From NCBI GenBank assembly GCA_964016885.1, contig OZ024742.1, positions 16,554,001-16,618,000 of the forward strand: a stretch of 64,000 nt of DNA, read 5' to 3'. The position numbers and the translations under genes were made by a program. Shown piece by piece: positions 30,001 to 44,580 of this stretch (its first letter is position 1; each line of letters begins with the position of its first letter). This stretch comes from Eledone cirrhosa. Taxonomy: Eukaryota. The notes beneath the pieces were generated by a model. It was not told the DNA's origin, did no database searches, and saw nothing but the letters and a program-made list of their open reading frames with translations.

Positions 30001-33000
30001 TGATGGTAGTAACAGTGATGTTGACAACTGTAGTATTAACAATGATGGTAGTGACAGTGATGTTGACAACTGTAATATTAACAATGATGGTAGTAACAGT
30101 GATGTTGACAACTGTAATATTAACAATGATGGTAGTAACAGTGATGTTGACAACTGTAGTATTAACAATGATGGTAGTAACAGTGATGTTGACAACTGTA
30201 GTATTAACAATGATGGTAGTAACAGTGATGTTGACAACTGTAGTATTAACAATGATGGTAGTGACAGTGATGTTGACAACTGTAGTATTAACAATGATGG
30301 TAGTGACAGTGATGTTGACAACTCTAGTATTAACAATGATGGTAGTGACTGATGTTGACAACTGTAGTGTTAACAATGATGGTAGTGACAGTTATGTTGA
30401 CAACTCTAGTATTAACAATGATGGTAGTGACTGATGTTGACAACTGTAGTGTTAACAATGATGGTAGTAACAGTGATGTTGACAACTGTACTATTAACAA
30501 TGATGGTAGTGACAGTGATGTTGACAACTGTAGTATTAACAATGATGATATTGACAGTGATGTTGACAACTGTAATATTAACAATGATGGTAGTGACAGT
30601 GATGTTGACAACTGGAGTATTAACAATGATGGTAGTAACAGTGATGTTGACAACTGTAGTGTTAACAATGATGGTAGTGACAGTGATGTTGACAACTGGA
30701 GTATTAACAATGATGGTAGTGACAGTGATGTTGACAACTGTACTATTAACAATGATGGTAGTAACATTGATGTTGACAACTGTAGTATTAACAATGATGA
30801 TATTGACAGTGATGTTGACAACTGTAATATTAACAATGATGGTAGTGACATTGATGTTGACAACTGTAGTATTAACAATGATGGTAGTGACATTGATGTT
30901 GACAACTGTAGTATTAACAATGATGGTAGTGACAGTGATGTTGACAACTCTAGTATTAACAATGATGGTAGTAACAGTGATGTTGACAACTGTAGTATTA
31001 ACAATGATGGTAGTGACAGTGATGTTGACAACTGTAGTATTAACAATGATGCTAGTGACAGTGATGTTGACAACTGTAGTATTAACAATGATGGTAGTGA
31101 CAGTGATGTTGACAACTGTAGTATTAACAATGATGGTAGTGACATTGATGTTGACAACTGTAGTATTAACAATGATGGTAGTGACAGTGATGTTGACAAC
31201 TGTAATATTAACAATGATGGTAGTAACAGTGATGTTGACAACTGTAATATTAACAATGATGGTAGTGACAGTGATGTTGACAACTGTAATATTAACAATG
31301 ATGGTAGTAACAGTGATGTTGACAACTGTAGTATTAACAATGATTGTAGTGACATTGATGTTGACAACTGTAGTATTAACAATGATGGTAGTGACATTGA
31401 TGTTGACAACTATTGTATTAACAATGATGGTAGCGACATTGATGTTGACAACTGTAGTATTAACAATGATGGTAGTGACATTTATGTTGACAACTGTAGT
31501 ATTAACAATGATGGTAGTGACAGTGATGTTGACAACTGTAGTATTAACAATGATGGTAGTAACAGTGATGTTGACAACTGTAGTATTAACAATGATGGGA
31601 GTGACAGTGATGTTGACAACTGTAGTATTAACAATGATGGTAGTAACAGTGATGTTGACAACTGTAGTATTAACAATGATGGTAGTGACAGTGATGTTGA
31701 CAACTGTAGTATTAACAATGATGATATTGACGGTGATGTTGACAACTGTAGTATTAACAATGATGATATTGACAGTGATGTTGACAACTGTAGTATTAAC
31801 AATGATGATATTGACAGTGATGTTGACAACTGTAGTATTAACAATGATGGTAGTAACAGTGATGTTGACAACTGTAGTATTAACAATAATGGTAGTGACA
31901 GTGATGTTGACAACTTTAGTATTAACAATGATGGTAGTAACAGTGATGTTGACAACTGGAGTATTAACAATGATGATATTGACAGTGATGTTGACAACTG
32001 TAATATTAACAATGATGGTAGTGACAGTGATGTTGACAACTGTAGTATTAACAATGATGGTAGTAACAGTGATGTTGACAACTGTAGTATTAACAATGAT
32101 GATATTGACAGTGATGTTGACAACTGTAATATTAACAATGATAGTAGTAACAGTGACGTTGACAACTGTAGTATTAACAATGATGGTAGTGACAGTGATG
32201 TTGACAACTGTACTATTAACAATGATGGTAGTCACAGTGATGTTGACAACTGTAATATTAACAATGATGGTAGTGACAGTGATGTTGACAACTGTAGTAT
32301 TAACAATGATGGTAGTAACAGTGATGTTGACAACTGTAGTATTAACAATAATGGTAGTGACAGTGATGTTGACAACTGTAGTATTAACAATGATGGTAGT
32401 GACAGTGATGTTGACAACTGTAGTATTAACAATGATGGTAGTAACAGTGATGTTGACAACTGTAGTATTAACAATAATGGTAGTGACAGTGATGTTGACA
32501 ACTGTAGTATTAACAATGATGGTAGTAACAGTGATGTTGACAACTGTAGTATTAACAATAATGGTAGTGACAGTGATGTTGACAACTGTAGTATTAACAA
32601 TGATGGTAGTAACAGTGATGTTGACAACTGGAGTATTAACAATGATGATATTGACAGTGATGTTGACAACTGTAATATTAACAATGATGGTAGTGACAGT
32701 GATGTTGACAACTGTAGTATTAACAATGATGGTAGTAACAGTGATGTTGACAACTGTAGTATTAACAATAATGGTAGTGACAGTGATGTTGACAACTGTA
32801 GTATTAACAATGATGGTAGTAACAGTGATGTTGACAACTGGAGTATTAACAATGATGGTAGTAACAGTGATGTTGACAACTGTAGTATTAACAATGATGG
32901 TAGTGACAGTGATGTTGACAACTGTAATATTAACAATGATGGTAGTAACAGTGATGTTGACAACTGTAATATTAACAATGATGGTAGTAACAGTGATGTT

Positions 33001-36000
33001 GACAACTGTAGTATTAACAATGATGGTAGTAACAGTGATGTTGACAACTGTAGTATTAACAATGATGGTAGTAACAGTGATGTTGACAACTGTAGTATTA
33101 ACAATGATGGTAGTGACAGTGATGTTGACAACTGTAGTATTAACAATGATGGTAGTGACAGTGATGTTGACAACTCTAGTATTAACAATGATGGTAGTGA
33201 CTGATGTTGACAACTGTAGTGTTAACAATGATGGTAGTGACAGTTATGTTGACAACTCTAGTATTAACAATGATGGTAGTGACTGATGTTGACAACTGTA
33301 GTGTTAACAATGATGGTAGTAACAGTGATGTTGACAACTGTACTATTAACAATGATGGTAGTGACAGTGATGTTGACAACTGTAGTATTAACAATGATGA
33401 TATTGACAGTGATGTTGACAACTGTAATATTAACAATGATGGTAGTGACAGTGATGTTGACAACTGGAGTATTAACAATGATGGTAGTAACAGTGATGTT
33501 GACAACTGTAGTGTTAACAATGATAGTAGTGACAGTGATGTTGACAACTGGAGTATTAACAATGATGGTAGTGACAGTGATGTTGACAACTGTACTATTA
33601 ACAATGATGGTAGTAACATTGATGTTGACAACTGTAGTATTAACAATGATGATATTGACAGTGATGTTGACAACTGTAATATTAACAATGATGGTAGTGA
33701 CATTGATGTTGACAACTGTAGTATTAACAATGATGGTAGTGACATTGATGTTGACAACTGTAGTATTAACAATGATGGTAGTGACAGTGATGTTGACAAC
33801 TGTAGTATTAACAATGATGGTAGTAACAGTGATGTTGACAACTGTAGTATTAACAATGATGGTAGTGACAGTGATGTTGACAACTGTAGTATTAACAATG
33901 ATGCTAGTGACAGTGATGTTGACAACTGTAGTATTAACAATGATGGTAGTGACAGTGATGTTGACAACTGTAGTATTAACAATGATGGTAGTGACATTGA
34001 TGTTGACAACTGTAGTATTAACAATGATGGTAGTGACAGTGATGTTGACAACTGTAATATTAACAATGATGGTAGTAACAGTGATGTTGACAACTGTAAT
34101 ATTAACAATGATGGTAGTAACAGTGATGTTGACAACTGTAGTATTAACAATGATTGTAGTGACATTGATGTTGACAACTGTAGTATTAACAATGATGGTA
34201 GTGACATTGATGTTGACAACTATTGTATTAACAATGATGGTAGCGACATTGATGTTGACAACTGTAGTATTAACAATGATGGTAGTGACATTTATGTTGA
34301 CAACTGTAGTATTAACAATGATGGTAGTGACAGTGATGTTGACAACTGTAGTATTAACAATGATGGTAGTAACAGTGATGTTGACAACTGTAGTATTAAC
34401 AATGATGGGAGTGACAGTGATGTTGACAACTGTAGTATTAACAATGATGGTAGTAACAGTGATGTTGACAACTGTAGTATTAACAATGATGGTAGTGACA
34501 GTGATGTTGACAACTGTAGTATTAACAATGATGATATTGACAGTGATGTTGACAACTGTAGTATTAACAATGATGATATTGACAGTGATGTTGACAACTG
34601 TAGTATTAACAATGATGATATTGACAGTGATGTTGACAACTGTAGTATTAACAATGATGGTAGTAACAGTGATGTTGACAACTGTAGTATTAACAATAAT
34701 GGTAGTGACAGTGATGTTGACAACTTTAGTATTAACAATGATGGTAGTAACAGTGATGTTGACAACTGGAGTATTAACAATGATGATATTGACAGTGATG
34801 TTGACAACTGTAATATTAACAATGATGGTAGTGACAGTGATGTTGACAACTGTAGTATTAACAATGATGGTAGTAACAGTGATGTTGACAACTGTAGTAT
34901 TAACAATGATGATATTGACAGTGATGTTGACAACTGTAATATTAACAATGATAGTAGTAACAGTGACGTTGACAACTGTAGTATTAACAATGATGGTAGT
35001 GACAGTGATGTTGACAACTGTACTATTAACAATGATGGTAGTCACAGTGATGTTGACAACTGTAATATTAACAATGATGGTAGTGACAGTGATGTTGACA
35101 ACTGTAGTATTAACAATGATGGTAGTAACAGTGATGTTGACAACTGTAGTATTAACAATAATGGTAGTGACAGTGATGTTGACAACTGTAGTATTAACAA
35201 TGATGGTAGTGACAGTGATGTTGACAACTGTAGTATTAACAATGATGGAAGTAACAGTGATGTTGACAACTGTAGTATTAACAATAATGGTAGTGACAGT
35301 GATGTTGACAACTGTAGTATTAACAATGATGGTAGTAACAGTGATGTTGACAACTGTAGTATTAACAATAATGGTAGTGACAGTGATGTTGACAACTGTA
35401 GTATTAACAATGATGGTAGTAACAGTGATGTTGACAACTGGAGTATTAACAATGATGATATTGACAGTGATGTTGACAACTGTAATATTAACAATGATGG
35501 TAGTGACAGTGATGTTGACAACTGTAGTATTAACAATGATGGTAGTAACAGTGATGTTGACAACTGTAGTATTAACAATAATGGTAGTGACAGTGATGTT
35601 GACAACTGTAGTATTAACAATGATGGTAGTAACAGTGATGTTGACAACTGGAGTATTAACAATGATGGTAGTAACAGTGATGTTGACAACTGTAGTATTA
35701 ACAATGATGGTAGTGACAGTGATGTTGACAACTGTAATATTAACAATGATGGTAGTAACAGTGATGTTGACAACTGTAATATTAACAATGATGGTAGTAA
35801 CAGTGATGTTGACAACTGTAGTATTAACAATGATGGTAGTAACAGTGATGTTGACAACTGTAGTATTAACAATGATGGTAGTAACAGTGATGTTGACAAC
35901 TGTAGTATTAACAATGATGGTAGTGACAGTGATGTTGACAACTGTAGTATTAACAATGATGGTAGTGACAGTGATGTTGACAACTCTAGTATTAACAATG

Positions 36001-39000
36001 ATGGTAGTGACTGATGTTGACAACTGTAGTGTTAACAATGATGGTAGTGACAGTTATGTTGACAACTCTAGTATTAACAATGATGGTAGTGACTGATGTT
36101 GACAACTGTAGTGTTAACAATGATGGTAGTAACAGTGATGTTGACAACTGTACTATTAACAATGATGGTAGTGACAGTGATGTTGACAACTGTAGTATTA
36201 ACAATGATGATATTGACAGTGATGTTGACAACTGTAATATTAACAATGATGGTAGTGACAGTGATGTTGACAACTGGAGTATTAACAATGATGATAGTAA
36301 CAGTGATGTTGACAACTGTAGTGTTAACAATGATGGTAGTGACAGTGATGTTGACAACTGGAGTATTAACAATGATGGTAGTGACAGTGATGTTGACAAC
36401 TGTACTATTAACAATGATGGTAGTAACATTGATGTTGACAACTGTAGTATTAACAATGATGATATTGACAGTGATGTTGACAACTGTAATATTAACAATG
36501 ATGGTAGTGACATTGATGTTGACAACTGTAGTATTAACAATGATGGTAGTGACAGTGTTGTTGACAACTGTAGTATTAACAATGATGGTAGTAACAGTGA
36601 TGTTGACAACTGTAGTATTAACAATGATGGTAGTGACAGTGATGTTGACAACTGTAGTATTAACAATGATGCTAGTGACAGTGATGTTGACAACTGTAGT
36701 ATTAACAATGATGGTAGTGACAGTGATGTTGACAACTGTAGTATTAACAATGATGGTAGTGACATTGATGTTGACAACTGTAGTATTAACAATGATGGTA
36801 GTGACAGTGATGTTGACAACTGTAATATTAACAATGATGGTAGTAACAGTGATGTTGACAACTGTAATATTAACAATGATGGTAGTGACAGTGATGTTGA
36901 CAACTGTAATATTAACAATGATGGTAGTAACAGTGATGTTGACAACTGTAGTATTAACAATGATTGTAGTGACATTGATGTTGACAACTGTAGTATTAAC
37001 AATGATGGTAGTGACATTGATGTTGACAACTATTGTATTAACAATGATGGTAGCGACATTGATGTTGACAACTGTAGTATTAACAATGATGGTAGTGACA
37101 TTTATGTTGACAACTGTAGTATTAACAATGATGGTAGTGACAGTGATGTTGACAACTGTAGTATTAACAATGATGGTAGTAACAGTGATGTTGACAACTG
37201 TAGTATTAACAATGATGGGAGTGACAGTGATGTTGACAACTGTAGTATTAACAATGATGGTAGTAACAGTGATGTTGACAACTGTAGTATTAACAATGAT
37301 GGTAGTGACAGTGATGTTGACAACTGTAGTATTAACAATGATGATATTGACAGTGATGTTGACAACTGTAGTATTAACAATGATGGTAGTAACAGTGATG
37401 TTGACAACTGTAGTATTAACAATAATGGTAGTGACAGTGATGTTGACAACTTTAGTATTAACAATGATGGTAGTAACAGTGATGTTGACAACTGGAGTAT
37501 TAACAATGATGATATTGACAGTGATGTTGACAACTGTAATATTAACAATGATGGTAGTGACAGTGATGTTGACAACTGTAGTATTAACAATGATGGTAGT
37601 AACAGTGATGTTGACAACTGTAATATTAACAATGATGGTAGTGACAGTGATGTTGACAACTGTAGTATTAACAATGATGGTAGTAACATTGATGTTGACA
37701 ACTGTAATATTAACAATGATGGTAGTGACAGTGATGTTGACAACTGTAGTATTAACAATGATGGTAGTAACAGTGATGTTGACAACTGTAGTATTAACAA
37801 TGATGATATTGACAGTGATGTTGACAACTGTAATATTAACAATGATAGTAGTAACAGTGACGTTGACAACTGTAGTATTAACAATGATGGTAGTGACAGT
37901 GATGTTGACAACTGTACTATTAACAATGATGGTAGTCACAGTGATGTTGACAACTGTAATATTAACAATGATGGTAGTGACAGTGATGTTGACAACTGTA
38001 GTATTAACAATGATGGTAGTAACAGTGATGTTGACAACTGTAGTATTAACAATGATGATATTGACAGTGATGTTGACAACTGTAATATTAACAATGATAG
38101 TAGTAACAGTGATGTTGACAACTGTAGTATTAACAATGATGGTAGTGACAGTGATGTTGACAACTGTAGTATTAACAATGATGATATTGACAGTGATGTT
38201 GACAACTGTAATATTAACAATGATGGTAGTAACAGTGATGTTGACAACTGGAGTATTAACAATGATGATATTGACAGTGATGTTGACAACTGTAATATTA
38301 ACAATGATGGTAGTAACAGTGATGTTGACAACTGTAATATTAACAATGATGGTAGTAACAGTGATGTTGACAACTGGAGTATTAACAATGATGGTAGTAA
38401 CAGTGATGTTGACAACTGTAGTATTAACAATGATGGTAGTGACAGTGATGTTGACAACTCTAGTATTAACAATGATGGTAGTGACTGATGTTGACAACTG
38501 TAGTGTTAACAATGATGGTAGTGACAGTTATGTTGACAACTCTAGTATTAATAATGATGGTAGTGACTGATGTTGACATCTGTAGTGTTAACAATGATGG
38601 TAGTGACAGTGATGTTGACAACTGTAGTATTTACAATGATGGTAGTGAGAGTGATGTTGACAACTGTACTATTAACAATGATGATATTGACAGTGATGTT
38701 GACAACTGTAGTATTAACAATGATGGTAGTGACAGTGATGTTGACAACTGTACTATTAACAATGATGGTAGTGACAGTGATGTTGACAACTGTACTATTA
38801 ACAATGATGATATTGACAGTGATGTTGACAACTGTAGTGTTAACAATGATGGTAGTAACAGTGATGTTGACAACTGTAGTATTTACAATGATGGTAGTGA
38901 CAGTGATGTTGACAACTGTAATATTAACAATGATGGTAGTGACAGTGATGTTGACAACTGGAGTATTAACAATGATGGTAGTAACAGTGATGTTGACAAC

Positions 39001-39333
39001 TGTAGTATTTACAATGATCATATTGACAGTGATGTTGACAACTGTAGTATTAACAATGATAGTAGTCACAGTGATGTTGACAACTCTAGTATTAACAATG
39101 ATGGTAGTGACAGTGATGTTGACAACTGTAGTATTAACAATGATAGTAGTCACAGTGATGTTGACAACTCTAGTATTAACAATGATGGTAGTGACAGTTA
39201 TGTTGACAACTGTAGTATTAACAATGATGGTAGTAACAGTGATGTTGACAACTGGAGTATTAATAATGATGGTAGTAACAGTGATGTTGACAACTGGAGT
39301 ATTAACAATGATGGTAGTGACAGTGATGTTGAT
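1..39333. repeat. 42-bp tandem satellite, ~935 units, continuing past the left window edge
   Basis: Head-to-tail GATGTTGACAACTGTAGTATTAACAATGATGGTAGTGACAGT with recurrent point variants and rare 1-4 bp indels; ends abruptly at GATGTTGAT|GTGAATTC (~39333). Confidence 0.99.
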
Positions 39334-39795
39334 GTGAATTCGACGTTGGACATTTGAATGCAAAACTAATATCATGACTTGATATAATGTACTTTTAAAT
39401 GAAATGGCAATTAAATTTAGAATTAGTTGTGAGCGCTAGCAAGAATTTATAAACAAAGAAACTGCTAATATTGACAGAGAAAAGACAAATATCACATCTT
39501 GATTTAATTGGATGAAGAAACATGTTTTCAAATTGTTATTTAAAAATTCAAATACAAATTCAGATCTAACATAACCTTTGTCGAGTGGGAAACATCATCA
39601 AAATAAAAATTATAAACGAAATTCAATAAACAAGAGAAAGTTGTTTGTACTGCACCTATTAATAATATTTTTGCTATCATAGAAGAGAAAGATAAAAAAT
39701 GAACAGCATTTTTTATTTTCTTTTACTTGTTAGATTTGGTGGAAAAGGCTGTTATGATGATGTTCGGAGGCCTTCAGAGACGGGTGGAATTGATT

Positions 39796-40182
39796 AGAGA
39801 GAGGAGAGGAGAGAGAAAGGGAGAGTGAGGGAGAAAGAGCTAGAGAGAGAGAGAGGGGGAGAGAGAAAGGGAGAGTGCTAGAGAGAGAGGGAGAGAAAGA
39901 TGGAGAGAAGGAAGTGAAGAGAGAAAGAGAGAGTGCGAGCTAGATCTAGAGAGAAAGAGAGAGAGAGAGATGGAGGGGAAGAGAGAGGAGGGGAGGGAGT
40001 GGAAGAGAGAGAGAGAGCTAGAGAGAGTGCGAGCAAGAGCTAGAGAGAAAGACAGAGAGAGAGGGGGAGAAAAGAGGGAGGGGAAGAGAGAGGGTGGAGA
40101 GAGAGAGGGAGGGGGGAGAGAAAGAGAGGGAGGGGAAGAGGGAGGGAGAGAGAGAGAGAGAGAGAGAGCCAGAGAGAGAGAG
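39796..40182. repeat. Degenerate (GA)n polypurine tract
   Basis: Almost only G/A; explains the spurious ORF 39970..40230. Confidence 0.95.
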
Positions 40183-40258
40183 ACTGGCTTAATGCAAATT
40201 TGTCGAATGGTTTTTCTGTTTGTGGTCTAGGATGACTAAATTAGCAGCGACAATGACA

Positions 40259-41602
40259 CATCCCACATGTGCGAGCAGTACTTTATTGTCATCTCACATG
40301 TGAGAGCAGTACATTATTGTCATCTCACATGTGAGAGCAGTACTTTATTGTCATCCCACATGTGAGAGCAGTACTTTATTGTCATCCCACATGTGAGAGC
40401 AGTAGATTATTGTCTTCCCACATATGAGAGCAGTACTCTATTGTCATCTCAAATGTGAGAGCAGTACATTATTGTCATCCTACATGTGAGAGCAGTACGT
40501 TATTGTCATCTCAAATGTGAGAGCAGTACATTATTGTCTTCCCACATGTGATAGCAGTACATTATTGTCATCCCACATGTGAGAGCAGTACATTATTGTC
40601 ATCCCACATGTGAGAGCAGTACATTATTGTTATCCCACATGTGAGAGCAGTACATTATTGTCATCCCACATGTTAGAGCAGTACTTTATTGTCATCTCAC
40701 ATGTGAGACCAGTACATTGTCATCCCACATGTGAGAGCAGTAGATTATTGTCTTCCCACATATGAGATCAGTACTTTATTGTCATCTCACATGTGAGAGC
40801 AGTACTTTATTGTCACCTCACATGTGAGAGCAGTACATTATTGTTATCCCACATGTGAGAGCAGTACATTGTTGTCATCTCGCATGTGAGAGCAGTACTT
40901 TATTGTCATCTCACATGTGAGAGCAGTACATTATTGTCATCTCACATGTGAGAGCAGTACATTATTGTCATCCCACATGTGAGAGCAGTACGTTATTGTC
41001 ATCTCACATGTGAGAGCAGTACATTATTGTCATCCCACATGTGAGAGCAGTAGATTATTGTCTTCCCACATATGAGAGCAGTACTCTATTGTCATCTCAC
41101 ATGTGAGAGCAGTACATTATTGTCATCCCACATGTGAGAGCAGTACATTGTTGTCATCTCACATGTGAGAGCAGTACTTTATTGTCATCTCACATGTGAG
41201 AGCAGTACATTATTGTCATCCCACATGTTAGAGCAGTACTTTATTGTGATCTCACATGTGAGAGCAGTACATTATTGTCATCCCACGTGTGAGATCAGTA
41301 CTTTATTGTCATCTCACATGTGAGAGCAGTACTTTATTGTCACCCCACATGTTAGAGCAGTACTTTATTGTCATCCCACATGTGAGAGCAGTACATTGTT
41401 GTCATCTCACATGTGAGAGCAGTACTTTATTGTCATCCCACATGTGAGAGCAGTACATTATTGTCATCCCACATGTGAGAGCAGTACTTTATTGTCATCT
41501 CACATGTGAGAGCAGTACTTTATTGTCATCTCACATGTGAGAGCAGTACTTTATTGTCATCCCACATGTGAGAGCAGTACATTATTGTCATCCCACATGT
41601 GA
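40259..41602. repeat. 31-bp minisatellite, ~43 copies
   Basis: Unit CATCYCACATGTGAGAGCAGTACWTTATTGT; the T variant contains the perfect 14-bp palindrome TCTCACATGTGAGA. Confidence 0.98.
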
Positions 41603-42243
41603 TTTATAGAGGGTTAGAAATGGTTGGGGAATATGGCTATTGGAATCATATTTTCGGAATATTTTTATTCAGTATTGTCACAAGTTGCACTGGACACAGT
41701 AATGATCAAACTGTTAGTATAACTTTCAGTTTTCAATCTTATAACCATATGTAGTTTTATTGCTTACTATCGTCTTCGGCCATGTTTAGAAACTTCCATG
41801 GTGAAGTTTTAAACCTCATGTAACTTTTATCACTATAAATATTCTTTCTTATGAGGACCATAATAATTACGTTTGTGTTTCTTTTTATTTAAAGAACCCG
41901 TAGTTTCCCTTTATATTACTGCTAAATTTTATTTTGTTTTACTGATGGTAATTTTTAATTATAAATATCAAGGCTCTTTAGAAACTTAGTTCGAGATAAA
42001 ACATCCGGCATTTTGTTTTGGGATTGAGATCTGTAATTATTGAGGCCCCTATTGTCCGTAGGGAAACGGCCCACAATTGGAAACTAAAATTATATTCACA
42101 AAAGCAATTATATTTATCTGTCTGCTTTTTCTATTTCTATCTCTCTCTCTATATATATATATATATCTCATTTGTTGGTGAACACACAGCTAGTTAGAAA
42201 AAGGAACCAGGGAGAGATACAATGAGAGATATAGATATAGAGA

Positions 42244-42318
<75 letters not shown>

Positions 42319-42672
42319 CGTGTGTGTGTGAAGCCGGATTGATTTGCCGTATTTAAGTTCACATAGATTAATTAAATATTCCGAAAACTAAATGACAACC
42401 ATTGGTCAATGCTTTAATAAAAGCTGAATATTAATATCTGGGATGACTTTTAAAGAAGTAAACACTTGTAAATAATTTGCATTATTCTCTAAGTTGTTCT
42501 GAGATTTCAAGAATTATATATCCTCGAGGCTAAAATGAAAGGCTAAAATGAAACAAATATTCAACTACCACGAAGAATAATTCGTTGATCGACTTTGACA
42601 GAAGTATTATGATGAAAAATACATCTTATCACTAATACTCACTATTATGAGTTTAATAGAATTAGTTCACTT

Positions 42673-43107
42673 CGTTGTTGTAGTGGAGTCTGTGCTGCTG
42701 TACGGGTCTGAGACTTGGACACTGACCAAGAAACTCACTCAGATGGTGGATGGGTACTACACGAGAATGCTGAGGATGGTTCTGAACATTAATCAGTATA
42801 CACTGAGGATGAAGAACTCAGAGCTGTTCGGGAGCCTCTCAAAAGTCAGCTCGAAAGTAACACAGAGGAGACTGAGGTTAGCTGGACATGCTCACCGACA
42901 TCCAGAGTTGACACTGCACTCAGTGTTCCTGTGGGAGCCCCTGCATGGACACACTGGAAGAGGAAGACCGAGGTTAACATATGTTGATTCCCTAAGGACA
43001 GACACTGGTCTCTTGGAGACGCAGGACATGGCAGCGATGATGAGGGACAGAGACCGCTGGAGAGAACTCGTCCATGGATCTCGGAAATTTTACTCACCCT
43101 AGATAGA
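42673..43107 (+). mobile_element. 5'-truncated RTE-clade non-LTR retrotransposon, C-terminal ORF fragment
   Basis: Translation has SVLLYGSETW, RMLRMVLNI, RRLRLAGH, GRGRPRLTY and MRDRDRWR, typical of the RTE post-RT region; short (TAGA)n tail; candidate TSD TAGYTCACTT at 42663-42672 and 43108-43117. Confidence 0.88.
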
Positions 43108-43912
43108 TAGCTCACTTTTTTGTTGAAAAGCCTTACATTCTAGATAATTCCATATTCATCTCTTTGTACAATAACTAATTGTTAGCTGCGTTGGCTGAGG
43201 TTGTATATGAGAATGATATAGAGACAATAAACCAAACGAGATACTGTTCATTTGAATATAGAACAAACTGTTGTTATATTCAACGAGTACGACATATCAA
43301 CACAGTATCTATTATGCCATTTTGCCATTAGTTTTATAAATATCAAATATGCAACATAAAGACCAAAGTTTAAATAAATTTAAATTCAGCGGCGAAAATA
43401 AATTGCTGCCTCTTATTCGGAGAGAAGTTCATTGTAAAGATGTTTAACATTGTTGATTTAATCAAATTTAGAATATTACTGGAAGTCATTTCCATTTATT
43501 TTCGCCGTCATTGAAATACAACCTGCATGTTAGTTATGTTTGAAATATCGACAATATTTTACGAAACACTTATAATTTATATTTGCGGAGGGTCATGTTG
43601 TCCTAACATTGCCCAAAATAGTAAAACACACTCAATGCTTGGTTTGGTTTTCGCTTCAGTTTCAGTATATATATATTTCATATTTCTATAAATAATTTAG
43701 CTGACAACCAATTTTTATCATTGATTGACCAACAGTTAAAAATATAAATATAAATATAATTTCTCAAAGTTCTTTCGACACACTTTTTCCTGTGACAAAA
43801 TTAGGCGCTCCACAAATATAACAATATCTGTTTCAACACACGATTTCAAATCGAAAACCTTGCAAAACAAATACATCGCCGCTACTTGTTTAACTATTAA
43901 TAAATTTATAAT

Positions 43913-44100
43913 TGTTTCTACTTTTGGCACCATGCCAACAATTATCCCAGTGTATTACTAGTACTTTATTTTATCGACTCCATAAGGATGAAAAGCAAAG
44001 TTAACCTCGGCGGGATTTGATCTCAGATCATAAAGGGCCGTAACTCCATACTGAAAAGCATGGCGTCCGACTCTCTACCGATACTGCCACTCCACCGCCT
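43913..44100 (-). mobile_element. tRNA-derived SINE, full length
   Basis: Minus strand has an A-box-like TGGCAGTATCGG and a B-box-like GATCAAATCC; exact 18-bp TSD TATTAATAAATTTATAAT at 43895-43912 and 44101-44118; two related copies nearby. Confidence 0.9.
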
Positions 44101-44417
44101 TATTAATAAATTTATAATATTTCCAAAATCACTTCCGATTGAGTGACAGGAAATAAATCATAAGCAGAAACTATTAATGAAGGGAAATAAGTATAAGAAT
44201 ATAGTTCTCATATTAATTTAGATGCTTTGTAATATAATTTTGTATGTTGCATCTCATCAGTCCAATACTATTTCAACTGGCTTACAGATCAGAAATTGTA
44301 TTTCCCTACAAATAGGAAATAGTCTCACATATTGAAACATTTGTATATAGTTGCCCTTGTAACAAAACTTAAACTATGAATTATCAAGATATTGATGTAG
44401 TGTTCATTTAAAATAAT

Positions 44418-44580
44418 TGTATCTACTTTTGGCACAAGGCCATCAATCATCCAGTGTATTACTGGTACTTTATTTTATCGACCCGTAAGGATGAAAGGCA
44501 AAGTTAACCTCGGCGGGATTTGAATTCAGAATGGCAAGGGACATAACTCTACGCGTCCGACCCTCTACCGATACTGCCAA
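44418..44580 (-). mobile_element. tRNA-derived SINE, same family
   Basis: Shares TTTTATCGAC..TAAGGATGAAAGGCAAAGTTAACCTCGGCGGGATTTGA and CTCTACCGATACTGCCA with 43913-44100. Confidence 0.88.

Noticed and set aside
1-39375. Giant ORFs (up to 1895 aa) as genes
   Set aside because: They overlap in five frames, switch peptide type at satellite indels, and follow from a stop-free 42-bp unit.
40192-40199. Octamer motif ATGCAAAT
   Set aside because: A single 8-mer is expected by chance in AT-rich DNA of this length.
40259-41602. CRISPR array (also considered for the 42-bp and 43-bp repeats)
   Set aside because: Units are contiguous with no unique spacers, there are no cas genes, and the context is eukaryotic.
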